Shown here: piece by piece, positions 20,976-30,922 of the stretch
How the letters are laid out: every line of letters begins with the position of its first letter
How positions within the stretch are numbered: the first letter of the stretch is position 1
Source of the DNA: Tenericutes bacterium ADurb.Bin239
GTDB lineage: Bacteria; Bacillota_I; Bacilli_A; RFN20; CAG-826
Direction: 5' to 3'
DNA length: 60,476 nt
Assembly: GCA_002069815.1 (NCBI GenBank)
Contig: MWCB01000004.1
Location: forward strand, 1 to 60,476
Made by a program: the position numbers and the translations under genes
Notes under the pieces: model-generated
The model's database searches: none
The model's input: the letters and a program-made list of their open reading frames with translations, nothing else
What the model was told of the DNA's origin: nothing

Positions 20976-21351
20976 AGTTATTTTGTAAATTAACACAATT
21001 ATTACAATATCCATAAATTGTTAAATCATGACTTGTAGCAGTAAACTTATGGCGTTTCGTGTTTTTGTTAATCATATTTTCAATTTCGCAATCAATCGGA
21101 AATCTTGCCAAACAATTAGTGCATATCATAAAGTGATGATGTTCGCCATTAATTAAATAATAATAAGCGGTTTTATTAATCGTGCTTTTTCCTAAAACAT
21201 TTTCTTTTTCAAAATATTCTAAAGCGCGATATATGGTTGAAAGATAAATTGATTCATTTTTTAATAATTTTTCAATATCTTCAGCACATAACAGAGAAGA
21301 ATTACCTTTAAATAAATTAAGAACTAGTTTTCGAGCGGGTGTTAGGCGCAT
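20974..21351 (-). CDS. zur: Fur-family metalloregulator, probably Zur
   Basis: wHTH followed by the HHHF and CxxC...CxxC motifs (CTNC, CNNC). It is the last gene of a zinc-uptake operon. The start was placed at MRLTPARK because the RBS aaggagg lies inside the longer ORF. Confidence 0.8.
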   Translation of the reverse strand: MRLTPARKLVLNLFKGNSSLLCAEDIEKLLKNESIYLSTIYRALEYFEKENVLGKSTINKTAYYYLINGEHHHFMICTNCLARFPIDCEIENMINKNTKRHKFTATSHDLTIYGYCNNCVNLQNN

Positions 21352-22168
21352 TTTTAATCCTCCTTTTAGCAAGAATGATGCGGATAATAAAGGTCACTAT
21401 TAGGAAAGCACTAAAAATCATAATAATTGCTGGTCCAGTTGGCAATGTTAAATGATAGGAAAAAGTTATTCCTAAAAATGTAGTGATAATTGAAAAAAGA
21501 ACACCGAGCCAAAGAGTCATATTGAAACTTTTTGTAAGTTGTCTTGAAATTAAAACAGGGAATAATATGAATGCGGAAATAAGAAGTGCACCGATGGCGC
21601 GCACTCCTACTACCACAAAAATTGAAGTTAAAGCGGAGAGTGCGTATTTTAGAAACTTAGTGTTAACCCCCGCAAAACGGGCATAAGTTACATCAAAAGT
21701 CGTTATTAAGAGTTTTCGATAGAAGACCAAGACAAAAGCAATGACGAGTGCCGCTAATACACTAGCTCCGATAAGTTCGGGAATAGTGACGGTTAAGAGA
21801 CTACCCACTAATAATGACTCTATCGACCGATTAAAACCTTCACTTTTACTAATAATTATAAGGCCAAGCGCTAAAGCAAAGACGCTCACAACCCCAATCG
21901 CCGCATCATTATCAAGATCAGCGCGTTCAGTTAAGAAAGTAATAGCAAAAGACGCTACGAGTGCAAAAGGAAGCGCAATATAAAGTGGTTCATTACTAAA
22001 AAGAAGGCCAATGACTACACCAGTAAAAGCAATATGCGCCATCCCATCAGCAATAAGAGATTGTTTAGATAAAACAAGAAACGGACTTAAAAGGGCAGCC
22101 GCTAATGAAATAAGAAGAGCTAGTAAAAGAGCATAAACCATAAACCCATACTGTAAAAAACTAAACAT
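21317..22168 (-). CDS. znuB: Metal (Zn/Mn) ABC transporter permease
   Basis: 283-aa polytopic protein of ZnuB/AdcB type lying between the ATPase and Zur. It overlaps both neighbours. Confidence 0.85.
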   Translation of the reverse strand: MFSFLQYGFMVYALLLALLISLAAALLSPFLVLSKQSLIADGMAHIAFTGVVIGLLFSNEPLYIALPFALVASFAITFLTERADLDNDAAIGVVSVFALALGLIIISKSEGFNRSIESLLVGSLLTVTIPELIGASVLAALVIAFVLVFYRKLLITTFDVTYARFAGVNTKFLKYALSALTSIFVVVGVRAIGALLISAFILFPVLISRQLTKSFNMTLWLGVLFSIITTFLGITFSYHLTLPTGPAIIMIFSAFLIVTFIIRIILAKRRIKNAPNTRSKTSS

Positions 22169-22868
22169 GAATACTTTTCTCCTTTTCTAAATAGTCATGC
22201 AAGTGGCCAAAAAACTTAATTTCTCGATCAATATATAAAACATTAGCGCAGTCACATAAAGCACCATGAAGTTCATGGGTAACAAAAATTATAGTTTTAC
22301 CTTCCTTATGTAAATCAGTGATAATATCGTTAAAATAACTACGGAACGAAGGATCAAGCGCAGAAGTTGGTTCATCTAAAATAATAAAATCAGGATTACT
22401 AATAAGGGCCCGTATAATATATACTCTTTGTTGTTGACCCCCTGAGAGATGCGCCATTGGTTTTTTTAATAAGTGCGGGATTTGCATTTTTTTAAGCCAA
22501 GACTTGATTAATTCTCGCTCGCTTTTACTTATGAATAATGATTGTTTAGAAAAACCACTATATATAGCTTCTTCAACAGTAATAGGAAAGTTTAAGTTTT
22601 GATTAAGTTTTTGGGGTAAGTATCCTAAGCGGTTATGACCACGCTCTATTGTTCCCGCGGTAGGTTCTAATAAATTAGCGAGCAAACGAATAAAAGTAGT
22701 TTTACCAGAACCATTAGGACCAATTACATAAAGAAGCATGCCTTGGCTAACTGTAAAATTAATGTTTTTTAATGCTAAAACATCACCAAAATTGACGCTT
22801 ACATCCGTAAGTTTAATCGCTAAAGGCTTGTTTAATGTTTGCGATGTTTTGGGCGAAGAGATCGGCAT
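22161..22868 (-). CDS. znuC: Metal ABC transporter ATP-binding protein
   Basis: Walker A GPNGSGKTT, signature LSGGQQQRV and Walker B IILDEPT. A good RBS (aaaggag) lies 9 nt upstream of the ATG, which places the start 56 nt inside znuA. Confidence 0.88.
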   Translation of the reverse strand: MPISSPKTSQTLNKPLAIKLTDVSVNFGDVLALKNINFTVSQGMLLYVIGPNGSGKTTFIRLLANLLEPTAGTIERGHNRLGYLPQKLNQNLNFPITVEEAIYSGFSKQSLFISKSERELIKSWLKKMQIPHLLKKPMAHLSGGQQQRVYIIRALISNPDFIILDEPTSALDPSFRSYFNDIITDLHKEGKTIIFVTHELHGALCDCANVLYIDREIKFFGHLHDYLEKEKSIHV

Positions 22869-23715
22869 ATGTTACATTCTCCTTTGCTTGTTGTGCGGTG
22901 ATATTGTGGTACCCATGAAGTTCTAAAAGAGTAATATCATAGTTTTCTTTTGCTAATTCGTTTTTGATTAAATTAGCAACGCGAGGTTCCACTAATTCTT
23001 CAATAAATAAGTAATGAACATTAGCGGTTTTAATCTCATTAATAAAATCAATAATTTCTTGAGAAACAAAATCGACATCTGGTTTATAACTCTCATTAAT
23101 TGTTTTAATCGTCATGTTAAAATGATCAGCAAAATAACTAAGCGCGTTATGTCCAGCGAAGAAAATAGTAGGATCTTCAATTTGATTTAAAAATGTTTGT
23201 AATTCATTTTCAAGTGTTAGTAACTCTTCAGTATAAGCATCATAATTATCCGTAAAATAAGCGCTATTTGCGGGGAAAATGTCGCTAATTACGTTTAAGA
23301 GATTACTCATAACACGAACATGTATAAGAGGATCAGTCCAGAAATGTAAACTGTCATGATTGTGATTGTGACTGTGATTATCAGAATCTTCTATCAACTC
23401 TTCAATTATGGCCCACTCACTCATGTTGAAAGAATTCTCGTTTGTAACAAGCGACTTGACCCATGTATCTAGTTCAGGACTAGTGTAAACAAATAACTTA
23501 GCGTTATTAATTGCGGCAACATCACGCGGCGTTGGTTCAAAGTCATGGAGTTCACTACCCCACGGCAATATATTTTTAACATCTATTTTATCGCCAACAA
23601 TATTTAAAACAGCATCGTAACCAACAAAAGATGTTACAACAATATTAGGGTTTCGAGCATTGTTACAACCCGATAGCACTAAGAGTGATAGAAGTAATAA
23701 TGTTTTGTGTTTCAT
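22813..23715 (-). CDS. znuA: Zinc ABC transporter substrate-binding lipoprotein
   Basis: Lipobox LVLSGC, cluster-9 SBP size, and a His-rich loop DSDNHSHNHNHDSLH typical of Zn-specific ZnuA/AdcA. Confidence 0.85.
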   Translation of the reverse strand: MKHKTLLLLSLLVLSGCNNARNPNIVVTSFVGYDAVLNIVGDKIDVKNILPWGSELHDFEPTPRDVAAINNAKLFVYTSPELDTWVKSLVTNENSFNMSEWAIIEELIEDSDNHSHNHNHDSLHFWTDPLIHVRVMSNLLNVISDIFPANSAYFTDNYDAYTEELLTLENELQTFLNQIEDPTIFFAGHNALSYFADHFNMTIKTINESYKPDVDFVSQEIIDFINEIKTANVHYLFIEELVEPRVANLIKNELAKENYDITLLELHGYHNITAQQAKENVTYADLFAQNIANIKQAFSD

Positions 23716-23724
23716 AATATTCTA

Positions 23725-23745
23725 ATTTGCGAATGATTCGCAAAT
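23725..23745. promoter_or_regulatory. Zur/Fur-type operator (perfect 10-1-10 palindrome)
   Basis: atttgcgaat g attcgcaaat lies 10-30 nt upstream of the znuA start codon. It resembles Firmicutes Zur boxes (TCGTAAT-N-ATTACGA class). Confidence 0.7.
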
Positions 23746-23774
23746 AAATTATAACATGCAACCTTAAACTGTAA

Positions 23775-23805
23775 AAAGAAAAGGCGCCGTGATTAGCGCC
23801 TCACT
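23775..23805 (-). terminator. Terminator after pmbA
   Basis: ggcgc...gcgcc hairpin with a T-run on the minus strand (ggcgctaatcacggcgccttttcttttt). Confidence 0.55.
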
Positions 23806-23823
23806 CTTTTGCGTATTAATTTG

Positions 23824-25143
23824 TTAGCCAGCAATCTTTAATGATTTAACTAGAATGCTAGAGGTTATGTAACTGCTAAGTTGTAATTCGTTTTCATTGC
23901 CAACCGCTTTCACGTCCATAAACATTTTGACTAAATTACCAGCAACGGTAATTAAGTTTACGGGCTCGGCTAATTTGCCATCACGAATCATAAAGCCAGC
24001 GGCTTGTAAACTAAAGTCACCACTAATGGCGTTAAGCCCAGAGTGTAGCCCCATTAGTTCATTGATAAAAACGCCTTCTTTAATATCTTTAATCAATGTG
24101 TTAAAGTCATTACGTCCTGGTTTTAAAGCGATGTTAGTAATTCCAATACTAATCTTACCGCCAGTGTTACGGCCATGCCCTGTCGGGGCAACCCCCATTT
24201 TAGTAGCGGTGCTTAAGTTATGGAAAAAAGTTTGCAAAACTCCATTTTTAATAATCGGTTTATTTGTTTTAGCGACACCTTCGTCATCAAAATAACGATA
24301 GAAGAGGTTATTAGTTAGCGGCGCATCAAAAACGGTTACTTTTGAACTTGCAATTCGCTCGTTTAATTTATTGGCAAAAAGAGATGTTTTCTTTTCAACG
24401 CGTTCAGCGCTTGCATTGGTAAGATAGGCCGCCAAAAGACTAGCGGTCATCTTTGGATTAAAAACAACAGGATAATCTTTTGTCGCACAAGGACTACCCC
24501 CAAGCTTTTTAATAACATCATCGACAACTTTATTAACAAAACCATCAGCGCTAAATTTAGCGTAATCATTATCGAAGAAAACTTCAAAGTTTGACTTAAC
24601 ATCATCACCGTCTTTAGCCACCACCTGGGTATAGTAGTAATAATAATTTTGTTTGTTACCAAGTTTTAAACTGTGTGAATTATATAGTTTATAATCACTT
24701 TCTTGTTCACTATAACCAACCATAGAAACAGCATTAATAAGCGGATGCCCCGCTTTAAGTGCTTTTTCAATCGCAAATAAAGATTCAAGTTTTTCACTTT
24801 CACTAATTGTGGCGAGTTTTTTATTGAAGAAACTCTTTTTCCGATAACGCGGGCTACCTTCAAAAATAATACTTAAGTCTTCACTTTCAGAGACGCCAGC
24901 ACTCATTTTAATTTGTGCCACTAAATATTGAGCGGTTGTTTTGTCATCTTTTTCACTCATGGCAAAGCCCATTTTTCCTTTATAGATACCACGAGCCATA
25001 ATTTTAATTGAGGAGGATAAGTTATAACGTTCAACACTAGCGTCATAAACACTCATTTCGGTTGTTTTGTTTGCTTGAATAACGAGTTCAGCAGCTTCGA
25101 GACCCTTTTCTTGCGCTAACGCAAAAAATTTCTTGACATTCAT
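23824..25143 (-). CDS. pmbA: TldE/PmbA metalloprotease partner subunit
   Basis: 439 aa of PmbA/TldD family size. It is paired with TldD through an ATGA start/stop overlap and lacks the HExxxH motif. Confidence 0.85.
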   Translation of the reverse strand: MNVKKFFALAQEKGLEAAELVIQANKTTEMSVYDASVERYNLSSSIKIMARGIYKGKMGFAMSEKDDKTTAQYLVAQIKMSAGVSESEDLSIIFEGSPRYRKKSFFNKKLATISESEKLESLFAIEKALKAGHPLINAVSMVGYSEQESDYKLYNSHSLKLGNKQNYYYYYTQVVAKDGDDVKSNFEVFFDNDYAKFSADGFVNKVVDDVIKKLGGSPCATKDYPVVFNPKMTASLLAAYLTNASAERVEKKTSLFANKLNERIASSKVTVFDAPLTNNLFYRYFDDEGVAKTNKPIIKNGVLQTFFHNLSTATKMGVAPTGHGRNTGGKISIGITNIALKPGRNDFNTLIKDIKEGVFINELMGLHSGLNAISGDFSLQAAGFMIRDGKLAEPVNLITVAGNLVKMFMDVKAVGNENELQLSSYITSSILVKSLKIAG

Positions 25144-26534
25144 TGTAATTTACCTCCTCTTCCCCCGACAACAATTTCGCTGACACGAATAGTGGGTTGA
25201 CCAACATCAACCGGAATCGTTCCACTTTCTGCGCCACAATTTCCTTGGGCGCGTAATAAATCGTTAGCGACCATATCAATTTTCATTAAAATTTCAGCGC
25301 CATTACCAATTAAAGAAGCGCCTTTCACTAATTCAGCAATTTTACCATCACGAATAATATAAGCTTCTTCACACGCAAAGTTAAAGTCGCCAGTTGAAGG
25401 ATCAACAGACCCTCCACCTAAAGACTTTGCATATAGCCCGAGTTTAACGCTCCCAATAATTTCTTCAGGTGTATATTTTCCAGCTGCAATGTATGTATTT
25501 GACATCCGACTAGTCGGTTCAAAGGTATAGTTTTGACGACGGCCGGTGCCATTGCTTTGTTCGTTCATGCGCCGACCATTGAAACGATCAATGAGATAAT
25601 TTTGTAAAATGCCGTTTTTAATTAAAACATTTTTCTTTGTTTTCATGCCTTCATCATCAATATTATTTGATCCCCACGCGTTGACAATCGTGCCATCGTC
25701 CACGGCCGTAACAGCGGGATGGGCAACTTGTTTACCAATCTTGCCAGCAAAAGGCGACAAACCCTTACTTACTGAACTTGCTTCAAGCGGATGACCACAA
25801 GCTTCATGGAAAATAACGCCACCAAAACCATTTCCAATAACAACTGGCATTTTCCCGCTTGGACATTCAACAGCTGTTAACTTTTTAACCGCAACATCAG
25901 CGACTTCACGCGCTATTTTTTCAAGATCTAAACCTTCAACATATTCAAATCCGCGATGTGCTCCTGGACCTGTATAGCTATATTCAAAAGCACCAGGGGC
26001 CATAGCAATCGCTTGGAAAACCACGCGTAAACGTTCTTGTCTATCACTAAAGGCATTACCCTCACTATTAAAAATAGTAATGTTTCGCACTTCAGTTACT
26101 AGTATAGTAACCGCACGAACAATGCTGGGGCTATAATCCTTAATAACTTTATTAGCGGTTTTTAGTTTTTCAATGATATCTTTAACTTCTACGAATTCAA
26201 GACTCTTTTCTATTTCGTGGTTTTTACGGACTCGTACTGTTTTTAGTTTTTCAACAGTAAGAGCGCGATTTCCTTCAAAACCAGCACTTAAAGAAGTGGC
26301 AAGTTTTAATAATCCTTTTTTAGTTAAGTCGCTCGTGTGACCATAAACACTTTGTAATCCTTTTAAAATACGGATGCCTGCCCCATATGTTAACGAAGTA
26401 GCGGGCGGCTGCGTTTTACCGTTTTCGACAGTGTAATTACCGCTATAAGTTTCTTCTAAGAAGATTTCAGCGAAATCACCGCCAGTACTAAGGGCCGCGT
26501 TTAGCACTTCAAGGGCAAGTTTTTTTGAAATCAT
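25140..26534 (-). CDS. tldD: TldD metalloprotease
   Basis: HEACGHPLE metal-binding motif and GNCG near the C-terminus; 464 aa. Confidence 0.9.
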   Translation of the reverse strand: MISKKLALEVLNAALSTGGDFAEIFLEETYSGNYTVENGKTQPPATSLTYGAGIRILKGLQSVYGHTSDLTKKGLLKLATSLSAGFEGNRALTVEKLKTVRVRKNHEIEKSLEFVEVKDIIEKLKTANKVIKDYSPSIVRAVTILVTEVRNITIFNSEGNAFSDRQERLRVVFQAIAMAPGAFEYSYTGPGAHRGFEYVEGLDLEKIAREVADVAVKKLTAVECPSGKMPVVIGNGFGGVIFHEACGHPLEASSVSKGLSPFAGKIGKQVAHPAVTAVDDGTIVNAWGSNNIDDEGMKTKKNVLIKNGILQNYLIDRFNGRRMNEQSNGTGRRQNYTFEPTSRMSNTYIAAGKYTPEEIIGSVKLGLYAKSLGGGSVDPSTGDFNFACEEAYIIRDGKIAELVKGASLIGNGAEILMKIDMVANDLLRAQGNCGAESGTIPVDVGQPTIRVSEIVVGGRGGKLQ

Positions 26535-26650
26535 AATACCTTCCTCCTAATTAAAAATGATAACAAAGAAGAAAGATAAATAGTAAAAAAGCGCTTTGAA
26601 GCACCCTTTAAATAGTAAAAAGATTGATTTTAACGAGATATGCTGATTAT

Positions 26651-27685
26651 TTAGTTATTTGCTTTATTAATTGAATATGAATTTTTTCGTTTCTTATTCG
26701 ATGATTTACGAACAATAAGTTTAGGCTTAACTCTAATGTTTTGACCAATAGTAGGCGTGACGTAAGTTTTATCGTTTAATTTGGTCATGATGTTTTCCAC
26801 AATATCTTTATGAATAAGATCGATTGGTTGGGCGATAGTTGTGACATTTAACATTTTTAACCAATTTAATTCGTCAAAAACAATAAGTGGTAGATTTATT
26901 TTTTCTTCACGCATGACTTCCATTACTTCAGAGCCAAAGGTGTTTGTCCCAGCGATAATAGCGTCCACATTATGGGTTTTAATAAAAGTCCGACATTCAT
27001 TTTTAATACTAACGCCGAGTGGATAACGACAAATTAATTCTTTGTTAATAGGTAAATCTAATTCTTCATGCGCTTGGATGTAGCCTTTAGAACGGCTTGG
27101 AGTAAAATCTAATTTGACAGTTAAAAGAAGAACGTTTCTAAGACCTTGATCTAATAAATGTTTTGTCGCTAAATATGCACCGTGACCATCATCAACACAT
27201 ACCGCATCAACATAAGGATAAGCTTGGCGGAATAGTTGCAACAAAGGGATATTTTGTTTGTTAATCAAGGTAATTAAATCTTCATTTTTATTGGAAATAG
27301 GTGTAAAAATAAGCGCATCCACTTTACTAGAAAGGAAGGAAGTAATGTTTTCTCTTTCAATGTCTGAATTTTCAAAAGAGTAAGCAATTAATACTTTATA
27401 GCCTTGTTTTTCAAAGTCAATAATTAAATTTTTGAGCACCAAGTGATAGAAGTAGTTTTCAATATCAGCAATAATAATACCGATGGTATTACTTTTCCCA
27501 CGTTGTAAAATTTGTGCATTGTAGTTATAGATATAACCTAATTTTTTAGCCATGTTTCTAATTTCAATACGTTTTTCTTCTGAAACATAACCACGCTTTG
27601 AAAGGGCGCGCGAAACGGTTGCTACTGAAACATTGCAAGCCTTTGCAATGTCTTTAATGCTGGTCGATTTTCTTTTTACCACCAT
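26651..27685 (-). CDS. LacI-family transcriptional regulator
   Basis: N-terminal HTH IKDIAKACNVSVATVSRALS followed by a periplasmic-binding-protein-like sugar-binding core. It is divergent from the kinase gene. Confidence 0.9.
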   Translation of the reverse strand: MVVKRKSTSIKDIAKACNVSVATVSRALSKRGYVSEEKRIEIRNMAKKLGYIYNYNAQILQRGKSNTIGIIIADIENYFYHLVLKNLIIDFEKQGYKVLIAYSFENSDIERENITSFLSSKVDALIFTPISNKNEDLITLINKQNIPLLQLFRQAYPYVDAVCVDDGHGAYLATKHLLDQGLRNVLLLTVKLDFTPSRSKGYIQAHEELDLPINKELICRYPLGVSIKNECRTFIKTHNVDAIIAGTNTFGSEVMEVMREEKINLPLIVFDELNWLKMLNVTTIAQPIDLIHKDIVENIMTKLNDKTYVTPTIGQNIRVKPKLIVRKSSNKKRKNSYSINKANN

Positions 27686-27750
27686 AATGAATTATCCTTG
27701 TATTGTAAATAACTCTTGACTTATCTTCATTATAGCATTAAAATTAAATA

Positions 27751-27764
27751 TGTAAACGTTTACA
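27751..27764. promoter_or_regulatory. Perfect 14-bp LacI/CcpA-type palindrome (cre-like operator)
   Basis: TGTAAACGTTTACA lies in the lacI / xylB-like divergent intergenic region. It fits the cre consensus TGWAANCGNTNWCA exactly. Confidence 0.75.
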
Positions 27765-27783
27765 CATGATAATTAGAGGAAAC

Positions 27784-29259
27784 ATGAAACACTTTATCGG
27801 AGTTGACATCGGAACAAGTGGCACTAAAGCAGTCCTTTTTGATGAAAAAGGAACACAAATTGGTGACTATAAAGTTCGGTATCCGCTGCATAGACCACAG
27901 GTTAAGTGGGCGGAACAAAATCCGGATGATTATTTTAATGCAACCGTTACATGTCTTAAAAACTTAGTGGAAACAACCAAAGTTAATAAAGACCAAATTA
28001 TTGCCCTTGGTTTGACTGGTCAAATGCATGGGCTTGTTTTATTAGATGATAACGATCAATTATTACGGCCCGCTATTATTTGGTGCGATAATCGCACTGA
28101 TGCTGAAGTCAAAGAATTAGAAAAACGCTTTGGAAAGAAAATGAGTCAAATTACTGGCACGGTTCCCACCCCAGCCTTCACTCTCGCGAAGTTATTATGG
28201 GTTAAAAATAATGAGCCGGCCATTTTTAATAAAATTAATAAAATCTTATTGCCAAAAGATTATGTTCGTTATCGTTTAACTGGTTGTTTTGTTAGCGAAT
28301 ATTCCGATACATCGGGAACACAATTAATGAATATTAAGACATATGAATATGATAAAGAAATTCTTGATTATGTTGGAATTAGTGAAGATAAACTGCCTAA
28401 ACTCGTCTCAAGTGTTGATCGCAGCGGAAAACTTAGTCCTAAAATTGCTGATCAAATTGGTTTGTCGCGCGATTTAGTTGTGGCAGGTGGCGCTGGTGAT
28501 CAGGCGGCAAGTGCTTTCGGTACAATGACATTTGAAGAAGGGCAATTTAGTATTAGTTTAGGATCAAGTGGTGTTGTATTTGCGCCAAGCCCCTTAGTTA
28601 TAGATGAAACGGGCGCGATTCAAACCTTTGCGTATTATGCGCCTAATAAATATCATATTATGGGTGTCACACAAGGGTGTGCACTATCAGTTCAATGGTT
28701 AAAAGCAAACATTTATGGTCGCGCTACTAATTTTGAGAAAATTGAAAGAGAAGTGTCTTATGTCCAACCCAAAGAAAGGACGCCGCTTTTCTTGCCATAT
28801 TTACAAGGCGAAAGAACACCAATCTTGAATCCAAATGCAGAAGGAGTCATTTTTGGTATCACCGCGAACACAAAACGAAGTGAGATAGCGTATGCTGTCT
28901 TTGAAGGAGTAGCTTTTTCGCTCCGTCACAGTTTAGAAGCAATTGTTAAACTAGGAGTTGTTCCCAAGAACATTAAAGTTGGCGGAGGAATGAGTAAGAA
29001 TTTAGTGTTAGTTCAAATTCTCGCTAATGTACTACAAATACCACTAATTGTTCCTTGTGTAGAAGAAACAGGTTGCTTTGGAGCAGCACTTATGGCCGGA
29101 ATTAGTGTCGGCCATTATACTTCAGTGGAAGATGCTATTGCTCGTGTTAATCATCCTAAGACTAAAGTTTATTATCCTGATAAAACATTAAAAGCTTTAT
29201 ACGATAAACGGTTTAGCCGTTACGTTGAACTATATCGCGCTATTGAGCCTTTGTTCTGA
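27784..29259 (+). CDS. xylB: FGGY-family carbohydrate kinase, xylulokinase-like
   Basis: GVDIGTSGTKAV and LTGQMHGLVLLD motifs. The start was moved to MKHFIG with the RBS agagga. Confidence 0.8.
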   Translation: MKHFIGVDIGTSGTKAVLFDEKGTQIGDYKVRYPLHRPQVKWAEQNPDDYFNATVTCLKNLVETTKVNKDQIIALGLTGQMHGLVLLDDNDQLLRPAIIWCDNRTDAEVKELEKRFGKKMSQITGTVPTPAFTLAKLLWVKNNEPAIFNKINKILLPKDYVRYRLTGCFVSEYSDTSGTQLMNIKTYEYDKEILDYVGISEDKLPKLVSSVDRSGKLSPKIADQIGLSRDLVVAGGAGDQAASAFGTMTFEEGQFSISLGSSGVVFAPSPLVIDETGAIQTFAYYAPNKYHIMGVTQGCALSVQWLKANIYGRATNFEKIEREVSYVQPKERTPLFLPYLQGERTPILNPNAEGVIFGITANTKRSEIAYAVFEGVAFSLRHSLEAIVKLGVVPKNIKVGGGMSKNLVLVQILANVLQIPLIVPCVEETGCFGAALMAGISVGHYTSVEDAIARVNHPKTKVYYPDKTLKALYDKRFSRYVELYRAIEPLF

Positions 29260-29302
29260 TTCCAATTTGGTGAAAACTAGATTGGTATAAAGGTGCGTAG
29301 TA

Positions 29303-29320
29303 TGTGTAAACGTTTACACA
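29303..29320. promoter_or_regulatory. Perfect 18-bp palindrome containing the same 14-bp operator core
   Basis: TGTGTAAACGTTTACACA lies 13 nt upstream of the first GH32-like gene, just 5' of its RBS aaaggagg. Confidence 0.75.
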
Positions 29321-29332
29321 AAAGGAGGCAAG

Positions 29333-30910
29333 ATGGGAAAATTAAGAAAAATAATCGGTAACGTGATTATTTTATCAATGTTAGTACTATCTGGTTGTCA
29401 AAGGGCGGGAGGAAGTATGATTACAAGAAAAATGATTAAGATTCACGATAACACGGAAACTTATAATAAAGAACTTGGCGCCCGTTCGCTTTTACCAATT
29501 GGAAAATCACGTATTCATTATCGACCTTCCGCTGGATGGTTAGGAGATGCTCACCCAATGTATAAAGATGGGGTGTGGTATTTATATTATCTTGATTTAC
29601 CATTTAATACTCCAAATCGTATTGCCCTATCAGGCGTTCGTCAAGGTTTAGCTATTTCCACCGATTTAGTGCATTGGGAAGAGCTAAATCCAACAATTGA
29701 TAATACAAAAAGAGCGTGGTGGGCTATCGCTAATGTTAAGAAGGATAATCAAATATATTCAATGTTTAATGATGTAGTTACTAATATAGGTTACGGATTA
29801 GCTAAAAGTGATGATTTTGTAAACTTCGTTGATTATGGCGCAGTTTATCCTTATTCATATGTCTTAGGTGATGAAGCGCGCGATCCTACACTCTTTTACG
29901 ATGAAAAAGAAGATCTTTATTACTTCATTTATGGTGTGAAAAATAATTCAAAGGTTTACGATAACACTCAAGGCAAATTATATTATTCCACGACAAGAGA
30001 TTTTCAATCATTTAGTGAACCGAAGGTACTATACAATCCCGATAACGCAAGTGTAACCGAATGTCCCGAACTATTTAAGATTGGAAAGAAGTACTATCTA
30101 GTAATGACTTGGGGAACGGACCGAGTCGGAACAGCACGTTATCGTGTTTCTGATAGTATTACTGGCCCGTGGAGTGCGCCACTTATTGATACAATCCAAA
30201 CAACAGAATTTATGGCTCCTAATAGTCGAAGTAACGGGAAAGAGCATATTACTTTTGGCTGGATTCCTACTTATAAAAATAATGAAGACGGAAATACGTG
30301 GCAGTGGGGCGGTGATTTAGCGTTCCCCTTAAAACTTATTCCGCGCAAAGACCATTCGCTTCGTGCGGAACTTGCGATTGATGTTAACAAGATTCGCGCT
30401 GATCAAACATATGATTTTGCACGCGATAAATATGATTATGTTAAAGGCAGTGGCTGGTATATGTCAAATAAAGGATTTGCGTATGAAGAACACGCTTCTT
30501 ACGGTGAAGTGTGGCTTGGCGGAAATCACAATTATTTTGAAATGAATATGGATGTTACCTTTGGCAAAGATAATCGGGGCTTTGGTGTAAGTTTTAGGAC
30601 CGGCAATCACGGTTTTAATGGTTACGAAATCTTTATTGATCCCGTAACAAATACCATGCATCTTCGATATCACTTTGAACGAAGAGTAAGTTTAGTAACG
30701 ATGCCAATTAATATTAAACCGTATACCACGATGCCCTTTAAATTAATAGTGGATGGTCCAATCTTTGAAGCTTATCTTAATAATGAATTTGCTTTCTCGG
30801 GCCGCGCTCATATTCCCGCGACAAGAAATGCTATTGGGCTTTTTTCAGAATATGGCTCCGCTAAATTTGAAAATATTAATGTATTTGATTTAAAGAGAAT
30901 TTATCAATAA
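29333..30910 (+). CDS. Lipoprotein, divergent GH32-like (clan GH-J) five-bladed beta-propeller hydrolase with a C-terminal beta-sandwich (paralog A)
   Basis: Lipobox LVLSGC. Motif triad WLGDAHPMY (in place of WMNDPNG), ARDPTLF (RDP) and TECPELF (EC). Confidence 0.7.
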   Translation: MGKLRKIIGNVIILSMLVLSGCQRAGGSMITRKMIKIHDNTETYNKELGARSLLPIGKSRIHYRPSAGWLGDAHPMYKDGVWYLYYLDLPFNTPNRIALSGVRQGLAISTDLVHWEELNPTIDNTKRAWWAIANVKKDNQIYSMFNDVVTNIGYGLAKSDDFVNFVDYGAVYPYSYVLGDEARDPTLFYDEKEDLYYFIYGVKNNSKVYDNTQGKLYYSTTRDFQSFSEPKVLYNPDNASVTECPELFKIGKKYYLVMTWGTDRVGTARYRVSDSITGPWSAPLIDTIQTTEFMAPNSRSNGKEHITFGWIPTYKNNEDGNTWQWGGDLAFPLKLIPRKDHSLRAELAIDVNKIRADQTYDFARDKYDYVKGSGWYMSNKGFAYEEHASYGEVWLGGNHNYFEMNMDVTFGKDNRGFGVSFRTGNHGFNGYEIFIDPVTNTMHLRYHFERRVSLVTMPINIKPYTTMPFKLIVDGPIFEAYLNNEFAFSGRAHIPATRNAIGLFSEYGSAKFENINVFDLKRIYQ

Positions 30911-30922
30911 AGGAGGCGTTGA

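Noticed and set aside
26535-26650. Possible terminator after lacI (gggtgcttcaaagcgctttttt on the minus strand)
   Set aside because: The stem needs several G-U pairs and has a very short loop. It is not convincing enough to annotate.
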